The position numbers and the translations under genes are program-made. A DNA stretch of 51,858 nucleotides from Eubacteriales bacterium (lineage in GTDB: Bacteria > Bacillota > Clostridia > Oscillospirales > QAKW01): assembly GCA_045660845.1 (NCBI GenBank), contig JAZREO010000139.1, positions 1 through 51,858 of the forward strand, written 5' to 3'. Below the pieces are notes generated by a model, which saw only the letters and a program-made list of their open reading frames with translations, was not told the DNA's origin and ran no database searches. Within the stretch, counting starts at the first letter, position 1; each line of letters begins with the position of its first letter. This document shows positions 8,399 to 15,788 of the stretch, piece by piece.

Positions 8399-9082
8399 GT
8401 GCTTTTAAGAAAAATTAAAGGGATTACTGCGGTTTTTTCCATCTGTATCGTCTTTTCATTTTTTGCCGGTCATTTACCGCATTATTTTATTTTCAAAAAT
8501 ACTTCCTCTAAAAATGTACAATATATTTTGGATGCCGGGCATGGAATTCCGGACGGGGGAGCAGTCGGCGTGGACGGTACAACGGAGCAGGAGCTTAACC
8601 TTGCCATTACCTTAAAGCTTTCGGAGAATTTGGACCAAAGTATGATTCCTCATATTTTGACTCGTTCTGATGAAAATAGCATCTATACAGAGGGAGAGAC
8701 CATCCACGCAAAAAAGGTATCCGATGTGAGAAACCGTATTGCCATCGCTGAGAAAAATTCTACCATTCCGGTGATCAGTATTCACATGAACAGCTATCCC
8801 AGCAGTTCTGTTCACGGGATCCAAGTCTTTTACACTGATGGCGATCCAGAAGCCAAGAGGTTGGCGGACGCCCTGCAGACTGCATTTAATACATCGATCC
8901 AACCGGATAACGGCAAGACAGTTAAAACCATTTCAAAGAATGTATATTTATTCTCTCATATCAGCAATCCCGCAGTTTTGATCGAGTGCGGCTTTTTATC
9001 CAACAGCGAAGAGCTAAACAAGTTAAAAACCGCTGACTACCAGGAGCAACTGGCGCAGGTCATTGCCGATGTTCTCTGTTGA
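8399..9082 (+). CDS. cwlD: N-acetylmuramoyl-L-alanine amidase, CwlD-type (spore cortex muramic-lactam formation)
   Basis: N-terminal membrane anchor, then ILDAGHGIPDGGAVG, EQELNLAI and VISIHMNS (Amidase_3). Size and layout fit CwlD. The ORF track start is GTG 8390. GTG 8399 sits 6 nt after AGGAGGTG, so I prefer it. Confidence 0.8.
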   Translation: MLLRKIKGITAVFSICIVFSFFAGHLPHYFIFKNTSSKNVQYILDAGHGIPDGGAVGVDGTTEQELNLAITLKLSENLDQSMIPHILTRSDENSIYTEGETIHAKKVSDVRNRIAIAEKNSTIPVISIHMNSYPSSSVHGIQVFYTDGDPEAKRLADALQTAFNTSIQPDNGKTVKTISKNVYLFSHISNPAVLIECGFLSNSEELNKLKTADYQEQLAQVIADVLC

Positions 9083-9121
9083 CTTTATGCCCTGAATGAA
9101 GTAAACTAATAGTAAGAAAAA

Positions 9122-10501
9122 ATGAAGGCGGTCAAAATCATGCCCAAGGTTAAACAGATCTTTGTCTGCACGCAGTGCGGATATGAAAGCCCAAAATGGT
9201 ACGGTCAGTGCCCCCAATGCAAGGAATGGAGTACCATGGAAGAAGAAATCGTCCAGCAATCGCCGAAAGCAGGTATTGCCGGAGCCTCTAAAGGCGTCGA
9301 GATCAAGCCCATCGGTGAGGTTCAAGGCGGCGGCGAAATGCGCTTTTCCACCGGACTCAAAGAACTGGATCGTGTATTGGGCGGCGGTCTGGTCGTTGGT
9401 TCCCTGACCCTGGTGGGTGGTGATCCCGGCATCGGAAAGTCCACCTTACTGCTTCAGATCTGCCAGTACTTAGGGCAGGATAAATCCATCCTTTATGTTT
9501 CCGGCGAGGAATCTATGAGTCAGATCAAACTGCGGGCAGAGCGCCTTCGGGTGTCGACAGACCAATTGTATCTGGCTTGTGAAACCAATGTAGAATCCAT
9601 CTTAGGTGCCTGCGCGCTCAACAAGCCGGATATTTTGATCGTGGACTCGGTACAGACTATGATGACTGACCGGGTTTCCGGCACGCCAGGCAGCGTTTCT
9701 CAAATCAAAGAAGCGACTGCCGCCTTTATGCACCTGGCAAAGGAACAGGGCATCACAGTCTTTATCATCGGTCATGTTACCAAGGAGGGTGCTTTGGCGG
9801 GTCCCAAGGTGCTGGAGCACATGGTGGATACGGTTCTGTACTTTGAAGGGGATAAAAACCTGAATCACCGCATACTGCGCACCGTAAAAAACCGTTTCGG
9901 TTCCACTAATGAGATCGGCGTCTTTGACATGCAGAGCGGCGGTCTTGTGGAGGTAGACAACCCCTCAAAACTGTTTTTAGAGGGCCGCCCTGAGAATGTA
10001 CCAGGCACCTGCGTTACCTGCATTTTAGAAGGCACACGCCCGGTTCTGGCAGAGATGCAGGCGCTGGTCTCCAAGACCGGATATCCGGTCCCCCGGCGAA
10101 TGGCAAGCGGCATTGATTTCAACCGCATGGCGTTGCTGATCGCTGTGCTGGAAAAGCGAGCAAACTTTGTCCTGTATAATCAGGATGCGTATGTAAATGT
10201 TGTTGGTGGTTTTAAGGTACTGGAAACAGCGGCAGATCTCGCCATCGTCCTTGCCATTGCTTCCGGGTTTTCAGATTTTGAAATGCCCGGCGATCTAATT
10301 GCGGTAGGGGAGATTGGACTCTCGGGAGAGATACGAGCGGTCTCTTTCCTGGAGAAACGGATCAAGGAAGCGCAAAAACTGGGCTTTACTAAGATCATGG
10401 TCCCTTCCCGTAATCGTCTATCTCATCCCATTGACGGGATCGAGATCATTAAAGTTTCCTCAGTATCTCAAGCTATTTATAAAATTCGAAATCATCTATA
10501 A
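9122..10501 (+). CDS. radA: DNA repair protein RadA/Sms
   Basis: Zinc ribbon CTQCGYESPKWYGQCPQCKEW, Walker A GGDPGIGKST, a KNRFG motif and a Lon-like C-terminus. The ATG at 9140 (MPKVKQIFVC) matches the usual RadA N-terminus better. Confidence 0.95.
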   Translation: MKAVKIMPKVKQIFVCTQCGYESPKWYGQCPQCKEWSTMEEEIVQQSPKAGIAGASKGVEIKPIGEVQGGGEMRFSTGLKELDRVLGGGLVVGSLTLVGGDPGIGKSTLLLQICQYLGQDKSILYVSGEESMSQIKLRAERLRVSTDQLYLACETNVESILGACALNKPDILIVDSVQTMMTDRVSGTPGSVSQIKEATAAFMHLAKEQGITVFIIGHVTKEGALAGPKVLEHMVDTVLYFEGDKNLNHRILRTVKNRFGSTNEIGVFDMQSGGLVEVDNPSKLFLEGRPENVPGTCVTCILEGTRPVLAEMQALVSKTGYPVPRRMASGIDFNRMALLIAVLEKRANFVLYNQDAYVNVVGGFKVLETAADLAIVLAIASGFSDFEMPGDLIAVGEIGLSGEIRAVSFLEKRIKEAQKLGFTKIMVPSRNRLSHPIDGIEIIKVSSVSQAIYKIRNHL

Positions 10502-10535
10502 AAATTGCCCCTGCACCAGCAGGGGCAATTTTTTA
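10501..10535. terminator. bidirectional terminator between convergent radA and the HD-domain gene
   Basis: AAAATTGCCCCTGC-ACCA-GCAGGGGCAATTTT has a 14 bp stem flanked by A and T runs on both sides. Confidence 0.85.
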
Positions 10536-11126
10536 TCTTTTTTCTTCCAGATAGAGTGAGGCTTCCATATCAGAAGTAGCAAGGGCAAAGGCGAGAGGAT
10601 ACATTTCAAATGCTTTGGAACAATTGCGGATATCCTTTTCTTCCGAAAAGCCCATGTGGTAGCGGATCGCGAAGGCTTCCTCGCGGGTCAACCGCATAAA
10701 TCCACCGATGATATAGACACTCTTTTCACCGTGACCATAGGGTAAATTATCGTCAAACTCATAGTAGGGAACCTTTTCCCAGACGCCGGCATCATTTTTT
10801 ACATTGCGCATGGAGGTTTTATACACATTGACCTTGCAGATATCATGAAGCAACGAAACAATGGCAATCGTTTCATCACTGTATTCATTGGGGAAAAGTT
10901 GCTTTGTGTACGGACGTTTCAAATATTCACTCAGACATTGATATACGTTCATACTATGCTCACATAGTCCGCCGGGGTAATTCCCGTGGTAACGAGTACT
11001 GGCGGGTGCAGTGAAAAAATCAGAACCGCTGCCACAAAGATATTCCAGCAATTCCTCGGCGCCCTCGCGCTTGATCAATGAACGATACAGATCGCAGAAT
11101 TTATTTTTCAGTTCCAGGATTTCCAT
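10533..11126 (-). CDS. HD-domain phosphohydrolase (YhaM-like HD module without an OB fold)
   Basis: ASTRYHGNYPGGLCEHSMNV and VSLLHDICK give the H...HD metal motif. I start it at MEILELKN (ATG 11126), which follows GGAGAGG. The 21 codons upstream on the ORF track lie inside ytvI. Confidence 0.7.
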   Translation of the reverse strand: MEILELKNKFCDLYRSLIKREGAEELLEYLCGSGSDFFTAPASTRYHGNYPGGLCEHSMNVYQCLSEYLKRPYTKQLFPNEYSDETIAIVSLLHDICKVNVYKTSMRNVKNDAGVWEKVPYYEFDDNLPYGHGEKSVYIIGGFMRLTREEAFAIRYHMGFSEEKDIRNCSKAFEMYPLAFALATSDMEASLYLEEKR

Positions 11127-12234
11127 TTTCCTCTCCTTTTTTGCTGTTCTCCACAGGATCTTTCCAGATATGAAGTTTTCCGCTCTCATGCAGATTTTTT
11201 AAGATGACGACGGTGATTGGAATCAAGAACATTCCGCCAAAACCAAAGAGTTTTAAGCCAACCCAGATGCAAAAGAGGGTCAAAATCGGGAGCATACCCA
11301 CATGGTCCCCGATAACCTTAGGTTCAAGGATCTGACGCACGATCGTTATTACAATATACATACAAGCCAGGATCAAAGCACGCCAAGGAGAACCGCTCAG
11401 CAAGCAGAATGCCGCCCAGGGAATCAAAACAGTTCCAACACCCAGTACCGGTAATATATCGACGATTGCAATGAGAAACGCCAAGGGAAGGGCAGGCTTG
11501 AAACCAAAGACCAGAAAGAATACCAGAAGTTCAACAAAGGTGATTAGCATCAGCAGGGAATAGGAGCGCAGATATTTACCAACGGTAGAGAAAAGAGTAT
11601 TCTTGATCTGAATGATCAAGTCCTGCTGCTCCGGGCGGAACTGTGCTAAAACAAAGCGCTTAACCGTAGGGAAGGAGATGGACATGAATACGCTGGAAAC
11701 GACCGTAACGATAAAGAAAATCAGCGCGTTAGGAATATAGGTCACTACATTTCCCGCATAGCCCAGCAGCAGGCTGCCGAGGGAGCCGGTAAACAGCGAG
11801 CTGTAGTCGTAATTGGAAATATAGTCTAAGGTTTTTTCGATGGCACTGTCCGGCAGATGGGCAAATATACCGCTGCCATCATTCAAGGTACTTTTCAGAT
11901 AATCGATGATCGAACGGATCTGACCGGGAATTCCGGAAATCAATTCCTTTCCTTCGGTCCAAATGGTAGTGGATAGAAATGCACCCAATATTACTACTGT
12001 AAGCAAAAGCAATAGCACACTGACCGAACTGGCGATCCCCCGGGGAAAACGTAGTTTTTGCGTCAAAAGACGGACTAATGGTTCTGCCAAGGACGCCGCA
12101 ATAAAGGCAATAATAAACGGTGCAATTGCTCCAAACACATAGCGAAAAGCAAGATAAGCCAAAAAAACAAATACCGCTATAAATGCAATCTGGATCAGAA
12201 ATCGTAATTTTATATAGTCACGCTTTGAGAACAT
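11101..12234 (-). CDS. ytvI: AI-2E family transporter, YtvI-like sporulation integral membrane protein
   Basis: 377 aa with about 8 TM segments, showing the UPF0118/AI-2E pattern (...IAPFIIAFIAASLAEPLV..., ...VDILPVLGVGTVLIPW...). Confidence 0.7.
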   Translation of the reverse strand: MFSKRDYIKLRFLIQIAFIAVFVFLAYLAFRYVFGAIAPFIIAFIAASLAEPLVRLLTQKLRFPRGIASSVSVLLLLLTVVILGAFLSTTIWTEGKELISGIPGQIRSIIDYLKSTLNDGSGIFAHLPDSAIEKTLDYISNYDYSSLFTGSLGSLLLGYAGNVVTYIPNALIFFIVTVVSSVFMSISFPTVKRFVLAQFRPEQQDLIIQIKNTLFSTVGKYLRSYSLLMLITFVELLVFFLVFGFKPALPLAFLIAIVDILPVLGVGTVLIPWAAFCLLSGSPWRALILACMYIVITIVRQILEPKVIGDHVGMLPILTLFCIWVGLKLFGFGGMFLIPITVVILKNLHESGKLHIWKDPVENSKKGEENGNPGTEK

Positions 12235-12330
12235 CTTTTGTACCCCGACTGTAAAATTATAGTAATTATAATTATTATAACATAAATGTATTATAAAAAT
12301 AAAGATGAATTTTTATTTTTATAATTAATC

Positions 12331-12359
12331 TTGAAATTAATTGTAAAATATGTTATATT
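12331..12359 (+). promoter_or_regulatory. sigma-A-like promoter for the ACT/aspartokinase pair
   Basis: TTGAAA, a 17 nt spacer, then TATATT. It sits about 45 nt upstream of ATG 12404. Confidence 0.45.
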
Positions 12360-12403
12360 GTTTCCTGCAGATAGACAAATGCTTTCCAAGGAAGGATATA
12401 TCA

Positions 12404-12847
12404 ATGAATCAAGAATTCTATCTAATTGAAAAGAGTGTCTTGCCAGAGATCTTCTCTAAAGTCATCGAGGCAAAAAGACTTTTGCAGACCGGTCAATGCA
12501 AAACTGTAAATGATGCAACGAAGGCGGTCTGTATTTCCCGCAGTGTATTTTATAAATATAAAGACAGCGTCCATGTTTTTGTGGAAAAGGATAAGCAGAA
12601 CATTATTACCCTTATTCTATATCTCTCTGACGAGATCGGCGCCCTCTCTCGGGTTTTGACGCTGATTTCTTCTGTCGGCGCCAGTATTCTGACCATCAAC
12701 CAAAGTGTTCCGATGAACGGAATAGCACCGGTTTCTATCTCCTTTATCACCCTTAACATGGATATCGAACTGGAGCAACTTTTACAGCAAATGACAAAAT
12801 TAAACGGTGTGATCAGTGTAAAGCCCGTGGCAAAAGAGCGTGGATGA
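12404..12847 (+). CDS. UPF0735/PheB-like ACT domain protein
   Basis: MNQEFYLIEKSVLPEIFSKVIEAKRLL...ISRSVFYKYKD is an HTH-like N-terminus. It is followed by a single ACT module (ITLILYLSDEIGALSRVLTLISSVGASILTINQ). RBS AAGGAAGGA is present. The ORF-track start at 12350 lies inside the promoter. Confidence 0.8.
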   Translation: MNQEFYLIEKSVLPEIFSKVIEAKRLLQTGQCKTVNDATKAVCISRSVFYKYKDSVHVFVEKDKQNIITLILYLSDEIGALSRVLTLISSVGASILTINQSVPMNGIAPVSISFITLNMDIELEQLLQQMTKLNGVISVKPVAKERG

Positions 12848-12917
12848 TAATATAATAAAATAGACCTTCGATCGTTGAAAGATTTGATTTTATAACTTCA
12901 GTATACAGGAGGTTATT

Positions 12918-13649
12918 ATGGGACTGATTGTCCAAAAATTCGGTGGGACATCTGTTGCCGACCGAATCTGTATATACAATGTTGCAAACATTATTGCAAG
13001 AAGGATCGCAGAAGGAAATCAAGTGGTCACAGTAGTATCAGCCCAAGGCGACACAACAGACCACCTTCTGGCAAAAGCCCAGGAAATCGCCGAAAAACCA
13101 TCGCCGCGTGAGCTGGATGCGTTGCTCACCACAGGCGAACAGGCATCCGCCGCGCTGCTTGCTATAGCATTGAATGAAGTTGGTGTTCCTGCTGTATCCT
13201 TAAATGGGGCACAAGCAGGAATTCTGACCGACTGTATGTATGGTGATGCCACGATTCAAAAGATCAATAACCGAGCATTAGAGCGCTATTTAAACCAAGG
13301 AATAGCGTTGGTTGTGACTGGATTTCAGGGTATCGATGCAGAGGGGAACATCACCACGTTAGGACGCGGCGGATCCGACACATCGGCTGTCGCTCTTGCT
13401 GCGGCACTTCACGCAGATTCCTGCCGCATCTATAAAGATGTGGACGGTATTTATACCGCCGACCCCCGCAAGGATACAACGGCAAAAAAACTGTCGCATC
13501 TGAACTATGATCAAATGCTGGAATTATGCGACTCCGGTTCAGGTGTTTTACAGCGCCGCAGTGTGGAACTTGCAAAACAGTACGGGATCGAACTGCAGAT
13601 ATTGTCCAGTTTCCAATTAATTAGCGGCACTATCATCAATGGTAATTGA
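12918..13649 (+). CDS. aspartate kinase, catalytic (amino-acid kinase) domain only, with no C-terminal ACT domains
   Basis: IVQKFGGTSV, VVSAQGDTTD and TLGRGGSDTSA are aspartokinase signatures. The ORF stops after 243 aa, where canonical enzymes continue with about 150 aa of ACT domains. RBS AGGAGG is present. Confidence 0.85.
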   Translation: MGLIVQKFGGTSVADRICIYNVANIIARRIAEGNQVVTVVSAQGDTTDHLLAKAQEIAEKPSPRELDALLTTGEQASAALLAIALNEVGVPAVSLNGAQAGILTDCMYGDATIQKINNRALERYLNQGIALVVTGFQGIDAEGNITTLGRGGSDTSAVALAAALHADSCRIYKDVDGIYTADPRKDTTAKKLSHLNYDQMLELCDSGSGVLQRRSVELAKQYGIELQILSSFQLISGTIINGN

Positions 13650-13669
13650 TCTAAATTAAAGGACAAGTA

Positions 13670-13700
13670 TAATGCGGTCTCCATATTGGAGACCGCATTA
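13670..13700. terminator. hairpin between convergent aspartokinase and sigK
   Basis: TAATGCGGTCTCC-ATATT-GGAGACCGCATTA forms a 13 bp perfect stem. The U-tails are weak on both strands. Confidence 0.6.
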
Positions 13701-14387
13701 TTAATCAAAATAACCCCGCAATCGATTCAACGCCTTGGTTTCAATCCTGGAAACATAGCTTCTGGAGATCCCCATCTTTGCAGCGACTTGCTTTTGCGTC
13801 TGCGGTACGGTATTATACAGTCCATAGCGCATGATCAGAATCTTTTTTTCCCGTTCCGGAATCTTCTCAATGTACTGATATAGCCTTTTACAATTGATCT
13901 TTAGGTCAAGTTCTTCTGCAAAGCGCTCCTCTTCATAGACAACGTCCATAAAGGTCAATGCATTTCCGTCACCGTCTGTCTCGATGGGATCACTGATATT
14001 CACGTCATTCTGCCGTTTCTTTTGGTTACGGAAATACATTAAAATCTCATTTTCAATACAGCGTGCCGCATAGGTGGCAAGCCTTGCGCCCTTGGTGTGG
14101 TCAAAGGTCGAAACACCTTTGATCAAACCAATGGTTCCGATAGAGATTAGATCATCCTGATCCTTGCTGGTTGCATAGTATTTCTTAATAATATGCGCTA
14201 CCAGCCGTAAATTCCGTTCAATTAAGATATTGCGCGCCTCCAGGTCGCCGCTTTTAAATTGTTTAAAATAATACCGTTCTTCAGCAAGAGACAGTGGTTT
14301 CGGAAATGTGGCACCTCCGGAAAGATACAACATCAAAAAAATCGTGCGATCCAGAAAGCTTTGCAAAGGAATCAGCATTTCAATCAC
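13701..14387 (-). CDS. sigK: sporulation sigma factor SigK (pro-sigma-K), uninterrupted
   Basis: FPKPLSLAEE..., NLRLVAHIIKKY, DLISIGTIGLIKG and LATYAARCIENEILMYFR match recalled B. subtilis SigK better than SigE. About 25 aa of hydrophobic pro-sequence precede them. Confidence 0.85.
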   Translation of the reverse strand: MIEMLIPLQSFLDRTIFLMLYLSGGATFPKPLSLAEERYYFKQFKSGDLEARNILIERNLRLVAHIIKKYYATSKDQDDLISIGTIGLIKGVSTFDHTKGARLATYAARCIENEILMYFRNQKKRQNDVNISDPIETDGDGNALTFMDVVYEEERFAEELDLKINCKRLYQYIEKIPEREKKILIMRYGLYNTVPQTQKQVAAKMGISRSYVSRIETKALNRLRGYFD

Positions 14388-14422
14388 CCCTTGATGAAAG
14401 TTTATGTCTTGCGCCGCTTGTC

Positions 14423-14453
14423 ACTTGCAAAAAGATTGCAAGTATGATATTAT
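14423..14453 (+). promoter_or_regulatory. 8-5-8 perfect palindrome overlapping a candidate promoter in the sigK / orphan-gene divergent region
   Basis: ACTTGCAA-AAAGA-TTGCAAGT spans 14423-14443. A possible promoter reads TTGCAA (14425), 17 nt spacer, TATTAT (14448), with RBS AGAGG at 14466. Confidence 0.35.
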
Positions 14454-14476
14454 TTTCTCAAAAAAAGAGGTTTAAA

Positions 14477-14845
14477 ATGATAGAAATTAAACAGGTAACC
14501 AATCAAACGATCGCAAAACAGATCTGCAGAGAGAATGGCGCAGAGTGGAGACCGGAATACCATGTGATCGCTACAATTGATCACGAAAACATTCTTCAAT
14601 GCGCCGTCTTCTCCTATAAGGGCGAAGTAGGGGAGATCCATGTAATCAGCGGTTTTCATGGCGATATTGATCTGTTAGACGGTTTATGCCGTGCTATTTT
14701 GAATATTATGGATATTAATGGTGTAAAGGAAGTTTACTTGCCAGTGAAATATCAGAAAATAGCGCAAAAAATTGGGTTTGATCTTAAAAAAAATCAATAC
14801 CATCTGACATTAGACGGCTTTTTCAGATGCTGCTGTGGCAAATGA
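14477..14845 (+). CDS. hypothetical 122 aa protein with a C-terminal CCCGK
   Basis: The ATG is preceded by AGAGG at 6 nt. I recognise no motif. The protein ends ...LTLDGFFRCCCGK. The ORF-track start at 14294 overlaps sigK and is unlikely. Confidence 0.5.
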   Translation: MIEIKQVTNQTIAKQICRENGAEWRPEYHVIATIDHENILQCAVFSYKGEVGEIHVISGFHGDIDLLDGLCRAILNIMDINGVKEVYLPVKYQKIAQKIGFDLKKNQYHLTLDGFFRCCCGK

Positions 14846-14860
14846 GAGGGGAGAACATCG

Positions 14861-15652
14861 TTGAAATTAAAGGATAAGAAGTTATTTTTGCTCGACATGG
14901 ATGGGACTATTTATTTAGACCAGGAATTGTTCGACGGAACCCTTGATTTTTTAGAGTATGTGAAAAAAATTGGCGGACGCGCCATGTATCTGACAAACAA
15001 TAGTTCAAAAAGCGTAGATAAGTATATTGAAAAGCTGGCATCTATGGGTATTTGTGCAGAGAAAAAGGATTTCACAACCTCTGCACAAGCAACTGCACTA
15101 TACCTACTGGATACGCATAAAGACGACCTTTTGTACGTATTGGGTACACAATCACTAAAGGCGGAATTGGCGGGCTATGGATTAAAAATCACCGATAAAC
15201 TTTGTGATGAAATTAAATGTTTAGTCATGGGCTTCGATACTGAGCTTTGCTTTAGCAAGCTGGAGGACGCATGTATTTTGCTCAATCGAGGCGTAGACTA
15301 TATTGCAACTAATCCCGACTTAGTTTGTCCGACCTGGTATGGATTCGTGCCGGACTGTGGGTCTGTAGCAGAAATGCTGTACAATGCAACAAAGCGCCGT
15401 CCTAAGTTCATAGGAAAGCCGGAACCTGCAATGATTGAATTAGCAATCAGGGAAACCGGCTATTCAAAAGAGGAGTCCATCATACTGGGAGATCGTCTTT
15501 ATACAGACATTGCGAGCGGAAATAACGCAGGAATCGATACAGTTCTGATGCTGAGCGGCGAATCTACAATGGAAGATGTGAACACCTTCAAAGGACAAGC
15601 GCCGACTTATATTTTCGATAATATCAGAAGCTTCTTAAATACGATCGAATAG
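14861..15652 (+). CDS. HAD-superfamily subfamily IIA hydrolase (NagD/sugar-phosphatase-like)
   Basis: LFLLDMDGTIY (DxDGT), YLTNNSS, a GKP motif and ILGDRLYTDI (GDxxxTD). TTG start with RBS GAGGGGAG. Confidence 0.8.
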   Translation: MKLKDKKLFLLDMDGTIYLDQELFDGTLDFLEYVKKIGGRAMYLTNNSSKSVDKYIEKLASMGICAEKKDFTTSAQATALYLLDTHKDDLLYVLGTQSLKAELAGYGLKITDKLCDEIKCLVMGFDTELCFSKLEDACILLNRGVDYIATNPDLVCPTWYGFVPDCGSVAEMLYNATKRRPKFIGKPEPAMIELAIRETGYSKEESIILGDRLYTDIASGNNAGIDTVLMLSGESTMEDVNTFKGQAPTYIFDNIRSFLNTIE

Positions 15653-15699
15653 CCCTAAAATAACACTATTCACTATTTTATAACTGTTTTCCCTTCCCT

Positions 15700-15731
15700 C
15701 AACTGCGCAAAATATTCATTTTGCGCAGTTG
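15700..15731 (+). terminator. 13 bp perfect hairpin after the HAD gene (terminator-like, no U-tail)
   Basis: CAACTGCGCAAAA-TATTCA-TTTTGCGCAGTTG. The 3' arm overlaps the -35 of the next promoter. Confidence 0.5.
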
Positions 15732-15757
15732 ACAATATGGAAAAAGTATTGTATAAT
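15729..15757 (+). promoter_or_regulatory. consensus sigma-A promoter for the recombinase gene
   Basis: TTGACA, a 17 nt spacer, then TATAAT, an exact consensus. It lies about 30 nt upstream of ATG 15789, which has an AAGGAG RBS. Confidence 0.65.
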
Positions 15758-15788
15758 TTAGGTACTTCCCTTGCAAAGGAGTACGAAA

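Noticed and set aside
12235-12350. AT-rich repeats as a possible dif site or degenerate CRISPR/repeat array
   Set aside because: The best alignment to my recollection of the Firmicute dif consensus matches only about 7 of 11 positions in one arm and almost nothing in the other. The repeats are short, irregular A/T runs with no spacer periodicity.
13701-14387. Possible skin-like intervening element in sigK
   Set aside because: The ORF is continuous and covers all sigma-70 regions 2-4, so there is no interruption.
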